This document shows, in pieces, positions 26,795-39,535 of a stretch of DNA of 64,000 bases. The notes beneath the pieces are model-generated. The model was not told the origin of the DNA. It did no database searches and saw only the letters and a program-made list of their open reading frames with translations. Numbering within the stretch: the stretch's first letter is position 1; each line of letters begins with the position of its first letter. The position numbers were made by a program, and so were the translations under genes. The stretch is from Octopus sinensis (lineage: Eukaryota), in NCBI RefSeq assembly GCF_006345805.1, contig NC_042997.1, positions 152,892,001 to 152,956,000 on the forward strand. Reading direction: 5' to 3'.

Positions 26795-29700
26795 ATGATT
26801 ACCAACGAAGGCCTCCTAGAACACCACACCCGAATATGGGATATCGGGATGCTCTCCTCAATACTGCTCCAAGAACACACACCATAAATCACAACAGGAG
26901 ACCCCTAATCAACAAAGAACAACTATATACTAGCTACCGTCCCAACCACCGCATTCAATTTTAGACCCAATACGCAAACACAGAGACACAAGATAGCACC
27001 AAACAAGCAGGAGGAACCAAAAGTAATAAAAATTATTAATCTAACTCACAAGGAACTAACAGCAAACCAAATAAAATACTTCCAAAGGACTCAGTTTACA
27101 CCCACCCCACAACACCCCAACTACAATGAAATGAAAGAAGACATCGCAGAATTCTGCAGAAAATTAAGACTTACTGAGGAGCTATACGATAAATACAACG
27201 AGGACGAATCGTTAGCCAGAAATAGGAGTAACTACACCCCCTCGAAAGGTAAGAATAAACACTTGATGATTTCTGTGACCACATATCAAATTACCCATAT
27301 CAACATATGCACAAACAAAAACACAAACCAAACTTCAGCAAAAAAGAATGGGCTGAGTTGAACAAATTAAAACTAGATAAAACAATAACAATCAAAGAGG
27401 CCGATAAAGGGAGTGCTGTTGTCTTAATGGATACGACATTTTACATAACTTTGTACTTCTATGCTGGAAGACACAACATACTATGAAAAGGCACCAAACT
27501 ACAGTCAACAAAAAATAATGAGGGAACTAAAATCCATATTAAACCATACAAGCAGGGCTCACCGACAAAGAATATGATTATATGACCAATTTCACACAGT
27601 AAAACGCCAATTCTACGGTATACCTAAGATCCACAAAAGTGAAAAAATAAGCAACGCATGCAAGATAGCTACAGACAAAATAATTAAAGTCCCTAATCCT
27701 AATGACCTCAAATTGAGACCCATAATAGCAGGTCCCGCATGCGAAACCCACCGCCTCAGTAACTTTTTAGACACCCTGTTAAAACCACTCCTCAAACATG
27801 TCAAAAGCTATATAAGGACGACTTAGATATGCTCAATCACCTACCGAATACTATAAACAAAAACACCATACTGGTATCCTTCGATGTAGTCAACCTCTAC
27901 TCCAATATCCCCCACAACCTAGGACTAGAGGCAATCAATTCTGGCTAGAGAATCACGCCAACGAACTACCACACCGCATCAAAAAAGAATTTGTGATAGA
28001 AGGGGTTAAATTCATCCTGGAAAATAATTCTTCGCCTTCAATGACAACTTCTACCGACAAAAATCGGGGACTGCGATGGGTACACGAATGGCCCCCTCCT
28101 TTGCCAACCTAGTCATAGGATACCTAGAGATCAGTCTGTATCGTAAGGTTCTAGAAAGATATGGCAGCCCTTTCTCCATCTACATAGAAAACAACTGGAA
28201 GAGATATCTAGATTACTGTTTCATCCTTTGGCAAAAAATATAGAAAAACTCATAGAATTCCAGAAAATTTTAACGGACTGGACGTAAACATCCAATTCAC
28301 GATGGAATATAGCCAACAACAACTCCCCTTCCTCGATATCCTCATTAAGAAAGCTAATAATATAATAGAAACAGACATATACTATAAGCCTACAGACTCT
28401 AAGCAATATCTTCCATTCAATTCATGCCACCCCAGACACACCAGGATGAATATCCCCTCAATCTAGCAAAAAGGATATGCACTATAGTCTCTAACGCAAA
28501 CACCAGAGACACACGACTACAAGAACTAAAAGATACCCTAATCACCAGGAACTATCCACCTTCACTTATTGACAAGTGCATTCAACGTGCCCTTCAACTT
28601 ACATCAAGGAACTGAGACATCCCAAATCAAAGAAAAACTTACAACCAAAAGCCTTACCATACATCTCCACACACCCCTCTCAATAACGAAGCCTTCGACA
28701 CCATCCTCCACAACATACCCCTCCTAAAAAAAGACCACAGAATGAACACAATCCTCCAAACACACACGATCATAAAAAGCAAAAGACAGCCTAGATCCAT
28801 GAAAAGTCTCCTTACACAAACCCGAATTCACTCTTCAACACAGAAGCCGACAGTAAAAAAATGTGGAAGACCCAATTGCGGGATATGCGACTATCTAATC
28901 GAGGGTTCTGAGTTCTCCTTCAAACAGGGACAACGGTTTACAGTGAAAAGCAACTTCACATGTGCTTCGGAGAACCTAATATACTCACTAACCTGCTCCG
29001 GGTGTCAAGAGCAGTACATAGGCCAAACAAAAAATGGTTTGCGTAAACGAATGGCCCTGCACAGATCCCAGATAAAAATTCCCCAACAGAAAAAATAGCT
29101 TTTAGCCAACACATAGATACTTGCGCCAACAAAAAAACACCAAACTTCAGAATTTTCCCCCTCTACCAATTTAGGGACGATACAACCTCGAGACAAAGAA
29201 TAAGTAAAAAAATCTCTTTATTACAAAATACAAGCCACTTCTTAACGGGTCTACGACAAACAATTAATATACCTCAACTTTAGAATAAAAGAAAAAAATA
29301 TATATACACACACAAATACTACACTCAATAGAATCCATTACTAATCAGCCCCTTCATAGCTATATTTACACCCATTCATATTCTCCCTTCTCTGTTTTTT
29401 CTTCTTCTTTTTTCCTCTTCTTCTTCATCATCATCGTTATCATCATCATCATCGGCGTCATCATCATCGCCACCATCATCACCACCATCTTCTCCTTCTT
29501 CCTCCTTCTTCTTTCTTTTCTTCTTCTTCTTCATCATCATCGTTATTCATTCATCATCACCACCATCACCATCATCTTCTCCTTCTTCTTTTCTTCTTCT
29601 TCTTCTCCACCCCCTACCCCTTAAGTTTGTCACTAATGTTTTTTAGTATAACACCTACGCTAATTCTATAAACAAGCCTGTCAATATAAATATTCTCCTG

Positions 29701-30045
29701 AATTGAACTGAGACTGCCAGCCGCCACTGACCATTCAAAATACGACCATCAGGGCACTCCCAGATTCTCCCACCCCCCTTTCCTCACCAGCCTTCCCTCT
29801 ACTACCCTACCAAGAACTCACAACTACCTCGAACACACAAGTGCAAACAAGGGAGTCAGAGAAAGGCAGAATGCCACTTAAATCTGAACACTACTATAGA
29901 ATATTCTTTTAAAAAAACTTTTCTTCTAATTTTTCTAAATTTAATTATTTAATCGTTACAGTTAAAAAGGTCTCAAAATGACCGAAACCGGTACTGAAAT
30001 GTTCACTATAAAATTATTTTAGCATTTTCTATTTTTTACTTGGTT

Positions 30046-30050
<5 letters not shown>
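26795..30050 (+). mobile_element. Near full-length decayed Penelope-like retroelement (RT + GIY-YIG endonuclease), ORF about 26795-29266
   Basis: Frameshifted motifs: IINLTHKELT; FYGIPKIHK (about 27611); LRPIIAG; SFDVVNLYSNIP (about 27880); GTAMGTRMAPSFANL (about 28067); RYLDYCF (28201, catalytic DD mutated); LPFLDI; TDIYYKPTD; CGRPNCGIC; LIYSLTCSGCQEQYIGQT (28976-29029). 3' UTR with CAT/CTT repeats and an HHR remnant at 29959-29996. Confidence 0.95.
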
Positions 30051-30087
<37 letters not shown>

Positions 30088-30312
30088 ATGTGTATATATG
30101 TACGTTTTTATATATGCATATTTATATGAATATATTTTAGCGACAGAGGCAGAATATATATCGGGAGGTAATATTTATCCAGACTTAAATGCGGATGTTC
30201 TATTAGAAGAAATTATATTGCAGTAGTTACCATGCGAGAAAAAAATGTTATATTGGCTTTTTGATGCAAAATACATATTCTTTATTCTACTTTTATTCCT
30301 CAGTCTCAATTT

Positions 30313-31937
30313 ATGACTCACTACTTCATCCTAGGCGGATATCTCCTCACCACCATAACACTGCCCTTGCCAGAGCACGATATGTGGACCATGCCTGTGC
30401 CACATTCTCCTCGCACTTTCCCCGCCGTTCCCCGTCTCCCGTTTCCCCTCACCTACCACCCCTCTACCCTGCCCTTCCAACGCACCATTCTCCGAGCCTT
30501 CCGGCGACTCCAGTTTGGCCCCTTCACCTCGCACATCTTCCCCAACCTACACGTTCTCTACTTCAAACGAGCCCATAACTTGCGTGACCTCTTGGTCCAC
30601 AGTTTCTTCCGTAACCCCACTCCCTAGATCGAGCCCCTGTCCTGGCCCACGTTGTCGCATCTACCCGTAACTCTCCAACACCACCATCCTCACAGGCACC
30701 TATCACCGTCTTTATAACATCACCGACTCCTTTACCTACACTTCTAGCAACATCATTTACTGCAACTCCTGCTCTCTCTGTCCCTCTTTGTACATCGGTC
30801 AAACGGGACGCCAGGTGACTGACTAATTCGCGGTGCAGCTCCGAGACAACAGATTCGGCAATGACACCCCGGTCTCGCACTATTTCCGCTCTACCTGTCA
30901 TTCACTACAACATTTGTCAATGTTCGGACTGTCTTTGCATAAGGGCCATCCGGAATCCCGCTTTCCCCGGGAACAGGAATTATTCTTCTCTCTTCGCTCT
31001 TTTGTGTCAAATGAGCTGAACTCACCTCCTTTTTTTTATCTGACATCAGCTTCACCTCCTCTCTTCATTTGATACCAACGCCACACCACTCCACATACAC
31101 TAGCACTGACCACTTTCTAACACTCACACGACACACCACCATCCACATACCGGCACAAATCTTCAATAGCATCACCACATATACTACTATATGAACACAC
31201 ACACACACTGTTTAATTCAGTACACACTCCACACACCATTATGTACACTCCCACATCTACACAAGCACAACACAACCTAAACACAGACAATATATACTCC
31301 CACACCTACACCAGCACACAATTCCTGAACATAGGCTATATATACAGACACACGTACATGCCTTAACACACGCAACATACATAGATCAAGATAACTTTCA
31401 CCCACATGTGTGCGTGTGTGTGTGTATACACCATGCACATGCACACTGTTTGGTTACAGACACACACACACAAATATGTGCACACAGCATGTGAAAAAGC
31501 ACACATCCACTGTTACACACAACACACACACACACGTTATATACGCACACATTCACACATGTCAGAGGACTCGCTCCTATTCACACACACACACACACAC
31601 ACTTTTATGCACTCACACACACCATTCTCTCATACAAATGCACGCACCTTCTCTTGGGATCATCAGCACTTTATTATCTCCCGTTTATTTAACCTCTTTT
31701 TTAATTACTATTATTATCTTCCTTTCTTTCAATCTCTTTTTCTTCAATCATCGCCATGCTAAACCGCTGAAATCTACAAGTTTTTTTTCATTCTTTCTCT
31801 GTTTATTTTCTGTTATTCCTTTCTGTTAAAGAGCTCAAAACATAAATTTTTTTTTTATGTTCCCGTGAGTCAAACTAATATGTTTGCTTGTTGTTGATAC
31901 ACCTGTCTTCGTCTTTTGATTTTCTATCTATTCCAAC
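30313..31937 (+). mobile_element. 5'-truncated second PLE (RT thumb + GIY-YIG + H1-type pLTR)
   Basis: RLPFPLTYHPSTLPFQRTILRAF...KRAHNLRDLLVHS; CPGPRCRIY; IIYCNSCSLCPSLYIGQTG (30752-30808). Eroded HHR at 31818-31846. Tail ...GTCTTCGTCTTTT...CCAAC-TATATA. Confidence 0.9.
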
Positions 31938-34900
31938 TATATAAACTAGTAGGTGATTTTACTTATTGCTTGACAACGTTCTGATAGATGGTGTTAATGC
32001 ATTTTGATAACGAGTATTCGGGGGAATAACCAAAATATATAATAAATATGTAGACTTGTGGCTACGGGAATAAACTTTGTGGATATGTTGTGTTTAATGA
32101 AGATAAAGATTACATAAGTTATACTATTTTACAGGAAAATGTTCAGACAATATCTAATATCATATACTACTTAATTATAGAAAGAAGCAGACTTAAAGGG
32201 TTAAAATATCTAAATAACTGTTTTGACGAGATCTGAAAAATTTTAATGGACTCTGGGGAAGTTATAACTGTTTGGACTAACACTAAATCAATGTAGAAGC
32301 AACGTTAACGTTCCCAAGATATTTAATGATAACAATAAGATATAACTAGCTTACAAAAGCATATTAATTTTTCACAAACTCTTACTTATATAAATATGAT
32401 GATACGGCAATATGCGTTTATACGTATCATCAAATTAATTCATGAACGTTCAAACAGGTTGCTTACAAAAGTGAATATGCAAATGTTGACATACATGATT
32501 CTAAAACGCTCACATCCAGCCAATAGATCAACTAACAAAGATACATACACACACACACACTCAAATACACGTGCAAATAAACACATTGCCTCAATTATAA
32601 GTGCTCACTTAAAATTTTATATAAATATAGATATAAAATACACATGCTATGAATACAATATAAAACTACATTCTCCCGGAAATGCAGTTACAGATTCAGT
32701 CGCTAGAGTATAAACACACACGTACGCACACCCCCTCAAATACATTTAAAGCAAACATATCAATGCGTAGGTTAAACTTTACCTTCAGTATGAAACAACA
32801 ATGCGTATGCCATGTAATGGAATTTAGACGCCACCTTTATGATATAAAGAAAATTACGTACGCAGCGGAGATAATTGAGTAGGAAGAAATCTAATTTTAT
32901 TTCTCTTTTTAGCAGTCTCGACCTTATTTCATATTTTATTGCAAACGTTCACTTCAAACTACGATCTTGGCAGTTTGTCTTCCGAAATTCTAAGGAATTT
33001 ATTGTTTTTCCAACTCCTTTAAATTGTCCATAATTTTCTGTGTTTTTTATTCCTTTCTAAAATTTATGTATTTCTATAATGATTTCCACGATTCTGCTTT
33101 CTATCTTAGCCTGTTTATGTAAGGTTGCCAATTCGTCTGTACGTATGGACCGTGCATGCATTCGGAGCTATTGGATAATTTTCTATGTTCATGTGTCGTT
33201 CTAATTGTACCTGTGGTTTGTAAGGATTTATGCATATATGTGCTCTGTATTTCGAGGCACCATTAAGTCTGGTTCTATTTCTGAATATCTATGTTTTCCT
33301 TTACGTGCTTCCAACTGTCTTTTTGTCTCTCAGTTTCTTATCTCTGATTTTAGTTTATTTATTTGTTATTGCTGTTTCGTTTTCCTTTTTTTTTTCGCTG
33401 CTCCAATCTTATTTTGAATCACAAAGCAATATTCCTGTTTGTTTCAATCTTACACTGTACTGATAACATCCGACCCTTTTAATAATCTGAGCATATTTGC
33501 TTTACTTCTGTAAATTTATATTCTTCTCTTCTCACATTCTATCTTCAAACACCCAACACCGCTTTCTCTTCATCAAATTAGCAAACCTTTTAATCGATGT
33601 GTGTATGTGTATGTGCCTATGTGTGTGCGCGCGTGTGTATGTGTGTGTGAGTCTGTTAGTGCGTGTGTGTCTGTGTGTGTATAACAGTTCCATATTTACA
33701 TTCGCATAGTAATATAAAAAGAAGAAATGAGCACAGCGTTGTACACGTGTATCTACATTCTGCAAGGATGTACATACAGATATACTGAGGGGCGGAGACC
33801 TCTATATGGTTGGTGTACAACTACATACCTAAATGCAGGTTAAGAATGTGTACATGTGTTCATGATCTACGCACATTTTAAAGTAAAGAATAAACAAATC
33901 GGAACGATAAAATATGTGAAATATATAAGAAATACAAATACAAATATCGCATATTATTTACAGTTAAGGTTTGTTGTCTCAGGTGTATATATTCTTCTAT
34001 ATAAGCATTATCATTTATGCATAAATTCAAGTATATGTGTGTTCCTTTCTCTATATGAAACTTCTCGTGTACGTAAATCAGACAACGAGTTCCTGTATGC
34101 ATATTATATTTTTCTGCATAAATGTGAAATACTCTAACGTAAGACTGTTGATTTTTCTTGATGCTAACCATCTATAAGTTTCAGATTTTAGCGTTTGGCA
34201 TAGATCGTTTACAAGATGCTATAAAATCCATCGTATTAAAACCAAATGCTATGCAGCAAATCAAATTATTATAGGCATATCAATAGTAATTTTAGTTGGA
34301 ATTTCTACAAAATATTCTGTAAATATTTTAGTGATACAAAAATTGCATATATCGATGACGAAAAGAAGTTAGTTGTCAAGATACAGTCAATATTCAATGG
34401 ATACCTTTCATGAAATTTTATGTATAAAATAAAAGAGTGCATAGAAAACTATGGATTTGGCAATGTAGAGTCTGTATGTCTGGAAGATGTATTTTCCTTG
34501 GAAAAAACATTTGGTGACCGCCTCTAATTTGAAATTGAATAAATTCTGTGAGGGCGCACAGAACTACTCAACACCAAACTATATTTAAAGAAGACTTCAA
34601 CAAAAAATCTCCAGACATGTTCTTGACAACCAGACAGAGGACTGTCTTGACTTCAAATTTTTCAAATTTTTATAAATTTTTACTGATATTTGATAAGATA
34701 AAGAGGAAATTTGAAGCCATTTATGTACATGGATGTGATTTAAATTACTAACCAGTAAGTTTTGTAATTGTTGTTACGTCTCTATTTTGGTCTCACATAT
34801 AGTTAGAGAGGAACTGTACCTCTTCTGCTTTCGTGTTTGACTAAATAAGATCTAATTTATCAGAACTTGAAAATAGAGTAAAAGTGAACTACCAAACATT

Positions 34901-35304
34901 TTGTAGCATTGCTGTTATCAACAGGCACCTTTGTGTTGTATTCTATGTTTCATGCAGACATTTACAGTCTTGGAGACAGGGGCAAATGGGAGAAAGTCTT
35001 GCATTTTGAAAATTAATGTTGTTATAATTACTTTCCTGTTAATTATAGATCAAGAAAAAGTGAATTTCTGGTGGTAATTATAGTTATTTTAGCGTTATTT
35101 ATGCTGAAGATTCTGTGACTTGTTAGAAAACATATTCATATTAGATTTAGGAAAAATCGGCAATAAGTGTACTTAACTTTAAACAAAATAGATGATTATA
35201 CACTATTATCTTCCTCTTTTACTTCGTACAAATGGAGATACTGTGTATTTTCTATGAATCATCTTCTATGTATAGCATAACATTAATGTGTATCAGTACA
35301 GTTA

Positions 35305-35519
35305 GGCTGACGAACTTGGCAGAATCGTTAACCCACCGGCTAAAATGCTTACCGGCATTTCATCTGTCTTTACGTTCTGAGATCAAATTCCGCCGAGCCC
35401 GTGTTTTCCTTTCATCCCTTCGGGGTCGATTAAGTAAGTACCAGTTGGGTATTGGGGTCGATGTAATCGACTTAGTCCCTACCTCGAAATTGCTGGCCTT
35501 GTGCCAATATTTGAAACTA
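35305..35519 (+). mobile_element. SINE family A
   Basis: TTGGCAGAATCGTTAA...GAGATCAAATTCCGCCGAG...GGGGTCGATGTAATCGACTTA...GTGCCAATATTTGAAAC. Confidence 0.9.
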
Positions 35520-37224
35520 ATATGCATAAGTGCAATTAAACGTTGCCTCATTTATAGATATGATTGAGAACATGTCAGGACATGGCGATTATTTGTACTA
35601 GTCGGGATGGTTAGAGTAATTTTGGGGATATAATGTAAAATTTAATTTGACAAAATTAATCATACTACTATCTGTAATCTTTGAATGATTCTATCATTCT
35701 CTTCCTACGTCTCTCTAATAAGTGACCATTTTATTACGTAATAAAATTTATCCTTCAGCTCACTAAATTGCATATTTCAACTCCATCAAAGAAAGTCATA
35801 AGATCATCAAATATCTCTGTGTTTGACCAAGAACCTGTCGTAATTAACTGCCACATCAAATAAAAGGGAATACATGTGGTTTTCATTGCAATTTGATAAT
35901 AATCACTATTTGGAACTTAATATTTTCCTGAATTTTCCTGGAATCTTCATAAGGCCAGTGAATATCCCTTAGTCTTTTAAGATGACCCATTCAGTTTTAA
36001 ACAGGCTTCATCGATGCAATATAAGCAAAGTGGGGCCAACATGTATTATAAAAATCTGAAAACTGTACAGGTCGGTCAATATCTCCTGTCATGTATCTTA
36101 TGTTACAACTTCTATAGTAGAACGGGCACTTTGGCTTTGATGTCGTTGATGTATACTGACCAATGATAGCACTACCTTTGCGTAAGTTGTTGCTGTTTTG
36201 CATTATATATAGCTGAGTGCATCGGAAATAAATTCTGTAATCAAAATTCATTAAGCATAGCTTTGATATTTTTTGGACTTAAAATATTAAATTAATTCTC
36301 AGATGTCGATGTCTTGCTTCTGCATCATTTGAGAGCCATTAATAATGACATTATTTAACAGTTGCATTTCTTTGTACTCCGTTACATTAAAATATTGCGC
36401 TAAATAATCCGGAAAAAATATAAACATTAATCATATCTAGCGATGTTAAGTATAACCGGGCGTGATTAAAATCATTAATTAATTAAGGTGGATTGGTTAG
36501 TAATATTTTAGCAATATCGGGCGAATTTTGTTGAACATCCATATTCGTGTTGGCGGGGTGGAAGTGTGAGATTGTTGCCCAAATCTGTCCTACGGGTTCC
36601 ATTTTGTTACGTCAGCTACATAGTAACATATATCTAGTTAGGTTAATTTTGTCGGAAATGTATCAAAGATAGATAATTCTATTATATTAAATACTCCAGA
36701 TCCCTCAGACCATCCCTGTTTTTGACCAAGAGAGAATAAAGACCACATACACTTCTGAATCTAATATCGTTAAATCTAGAAAATCTACTGCCGAAAGCTA
36801 AATCTTTTAGTAACAGGTTTCTTTATTAAAAGATAGAATTCCACTCGAAGTTATGTTCTCATGTACTATTATTCCACAGGGCAACATATAGTAACTCGCA
36901 TAATACTAGTGTTGATTGAGTTGAATATATCTTTTACTAATTTTACCCACATCGCTTTTAGTCAGTATAAATAAGACAGCATTTAAATGCAGTTAAAATG
37001 ATGGCTTAGTGGTGATTCAATATAATATAACAAACTATTGACACATAAAGGCATAGATTCGATGTTTGAGAAGTCAATCTTATAGTAGTTCGTATTTCCA
37101 CAGAGGTAAATGTCAAAATAGTATGACATACATTCTACTGTCATCTACTTTGAAAATAAGGCTTATGTCTTTTGCTTATTAATCATTAGACTGCATGTAT
37201 TTTGGGCGGTTTGCTCTTTTTCAG

Positions 37225-37571
37225 GTTTTTGCGATATTACTGAAAACAAATCTAGTGTATGCAACTACATCAATCTCGTAAATTTGTTTGTTTCAAGACA
37301 TAGAACATGGATGACTTTTTAAGAGTTAGGATAATATTTCAGGTCATTACTTGATAGAGGGAATATTCTTTTTCAAACATTTCAATCATAATCATGAGTT
37401 AACTTTAAAATGCTTGTAGCACCTTGCTTTAAGTTGAAGAATTTCTCGTTCTGAAATTCTCTATATTGTTTTCAGGCAAATCATGAATTTCTCTCTCGAA
37501 GAAGTGTTCGTTACACTTGAATGCGTTGAATTAAATACTCCGTTTTCTAGAAAAGATTTTCATGTATTCTT
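37225..37571 (+). CDS. Candidate two-exon chain (37225-37277, 37476-37571), unverified
   Basis: Acceptors CTCTTTTTCAG and TTGTTTTCAG; donors GTAAAT and GTAAGA. Phases are compatible: VFAILLKTNLVYATTSIS-QIMNFSLEEVFVTLECVELNTPFSRKDFHVF. No homology recognised. Confidence 0.3.
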
Positions 37572-37593
37572 GTAAGAAAGTAGCAGAGATTTA

Positions 37594-37637
<44 letters not shown>

Positions 37638-38067
37638 GAAATATTAAAATTACTAAGTCTCTCTAAAGGAGATTACGGCAGCGTTACTGGAAATTAATAG
37701 TTTTCGCCATACTAATATGGCAGTCTTATAAATATAAGACTAAAGCTGTCGCTGGTTAGCTCCATGAGGCCACCGCCTCAAGCTAGCTATTTGACACACG
37801 AACCTGCGTCCATTAAAAATCTTCGAACAAGAGAGGTCAGCCGCTTCATCCTGCCAGTCAGACAGCTACAGACGACGTTTCAGGGTTGTTGCCCCTTATC
37901 AATGCAGCGTAGTCAGACTTGCAGGTGTCGCGACCGATCGTCCCTGTCCGAAGGCTTTATTTACCTAGTTTCAGTGGAATACATCCACTTGTTTTCAATA
38001 ATAGAAATATTAAAATTACTAAGTCTCTCTAAAGGAGATTACGGCAGCGTTACTGGAAATTAATAGT
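37638..38067 (-). mobile_element. 366-bp retrozyme/pLTR-like unit with perfect 64-bp terminal redundancy and hammerhead H4 (37865-37908)
   Basis: Identical 64-mers at 37638-37701 and 38004-38067. Minus strand GCTGCA-TTGATAA-GGGG(CAACAA)CCCT-GAAA-CGTCG-T-C-TGTAGC. 3' end abuts (TA)n. Confidence 0.8.
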
Positions 38068-38151
38068 ATATATATTTCTAGAAAAGCTTTTCACGAAAGA
38101 AGGAAGCAGAGTAGAGATTTACTGTATATATATATATATATATATATGGCC

Positions 38152-38314
38152 TTTATCTTTTACTTACTTCAGTCATTAGACTACAGACATGCTGGGGCAC
38201 CGACTTGAAGAATTTTTATACAAAGGAATCTATACCAGTACATACATTTTTGCTAAGCCTGGTACTTATTCTCTCGGTCTTTTACCGAACCGCTAAGTTA
38301 CAGAGACGTAAACA
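38152..38314 (-). mobile_element. SINE family B 3' part (matching 5' part at 39073-39208)
   Basis: CTTCAGTCATTAGACT...CATGCTGGGGCACC...GCCTGGTACTTATTCT...CCGAACCGCTAAGTTAC. A head-bearing fragment lies on the same strand 760 bp away. Confidence 0.7.
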
Positions 38315-38416
38315 ATGCGCGCCATGTCATACATATCACTCTTGTATGAACATACATACATGACATGTACAATATTGCATGATTGTTGCTAAAACAATTT
38401 CATCAATGCATGTGTA

Positions 38417-38833
38417 CACAGATCATTTCGGTTTGAACGGCAGTTTTTTCTAGCGGTGTCATATGAAATTGTCACCCATAATTATGACCCTAGTATCGAT
38501 CTATTGCATTTCAATCTGTTTTAGGGTTAGGGGTGGGGGAAGGGTATCTTTTTTCTTCACAAATGTAAATAAACCTAATCTGTTTCTTAACCGAGGGACA
38601 TATTCATACGGCACAAAATGTTTTTTTACCTCAATGGACGTCAGTGATTGGTTGAAATTGCAGAAATTGAAGAAAAAAACAACAAATATCTTACAAACTA
38701 TAGAATTTTCTTAATAAAGCCAAGAGAAAAAGATGTTTTATAAACACATTCTACCAGTATACAAAGTTTAAACATTTTTTTAGTTACCTAAAAATTATGT
38801 TAAAAATTGCCGTTCAAACCGAAAAGATTCGTG
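38417..38833. mobile_element. 417-bp Tc1/mariner-type MITE, TA TSD
   Basis: 32-bp TIRs at 38417-38448 and 38802-38833 (28/32 match; TTTCGGTTTGAACGGCA core). TA at 38415-16 and 38834-35. Confidence 0.85.
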
Positions 38834-39494
38834 TACACTCATGCTTCAAAATCTGCATGACAACATAGTTGTTATATGAATTCCATTGAAAATATCATGT
38901 TTTGTAGTTGAGCAGCATATCTTCGTGAATTCTTAAGAGATTTTGAAAAGTAAGGCCAGAATTACATATATACGCACAAGTAGTCTTGCATGTTTACACA
39001 ATTACCTGCGTAGAAGAGTGAATAGCGATTATGTAGAAAAATAGAACAAGTTGCAGACACAGATGGCAAGCAGTTTTCGTCTACCAGATCCACTCAAAAG
39101 ACTAAGGTCTGCACGAGGCTATAGTAGACGACACATACTCATAGTGCCACGCAATAAGACTGAAACGGAATCATATGGTTAGGAAGCACCCTTCTACTAC
39201 ACAGCCACAGAATTGTCACTTCCCGAGTGTGTCTATGCACATAGATACATTCCAATGTTACAACTTCATTCTAATTTTTCTCGTTTCTCTTCCCTCCATT
39301 AATTCTTCATTTAACGTTGTGTAACGTGGATATTATGCATACGTTTGTGTACTCATGTGTATTTGTGTCTTTATCAATGTATGTCCACATGCGTGTGATT
39401 TTTCATTTAATTATATGTACATATATGAACACATCTATAAGTTTATATGCGTATGTGGCTGTGTGATTGTGTATTTGTATATATGATGGTGTCC

Positions 39495-39535
<41 letters not shown>

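Noticed and set aside
30331-30901. Minus-strand ORFs of 67 and 112 aa; also 27613-27804 and 29005-29196
   Set aside because: Antisense to the PLE coding remnants.
35997-36251. 84-aa Cys-containing minus-strand ORF
   Set aside because: No motif, signal peptide or splice support recognised; this length is expected by chance.
38521-38532. Interstitial telomeric repeat
   Set aside because: Only two TTAGGG units, inside a MITE; not an array.
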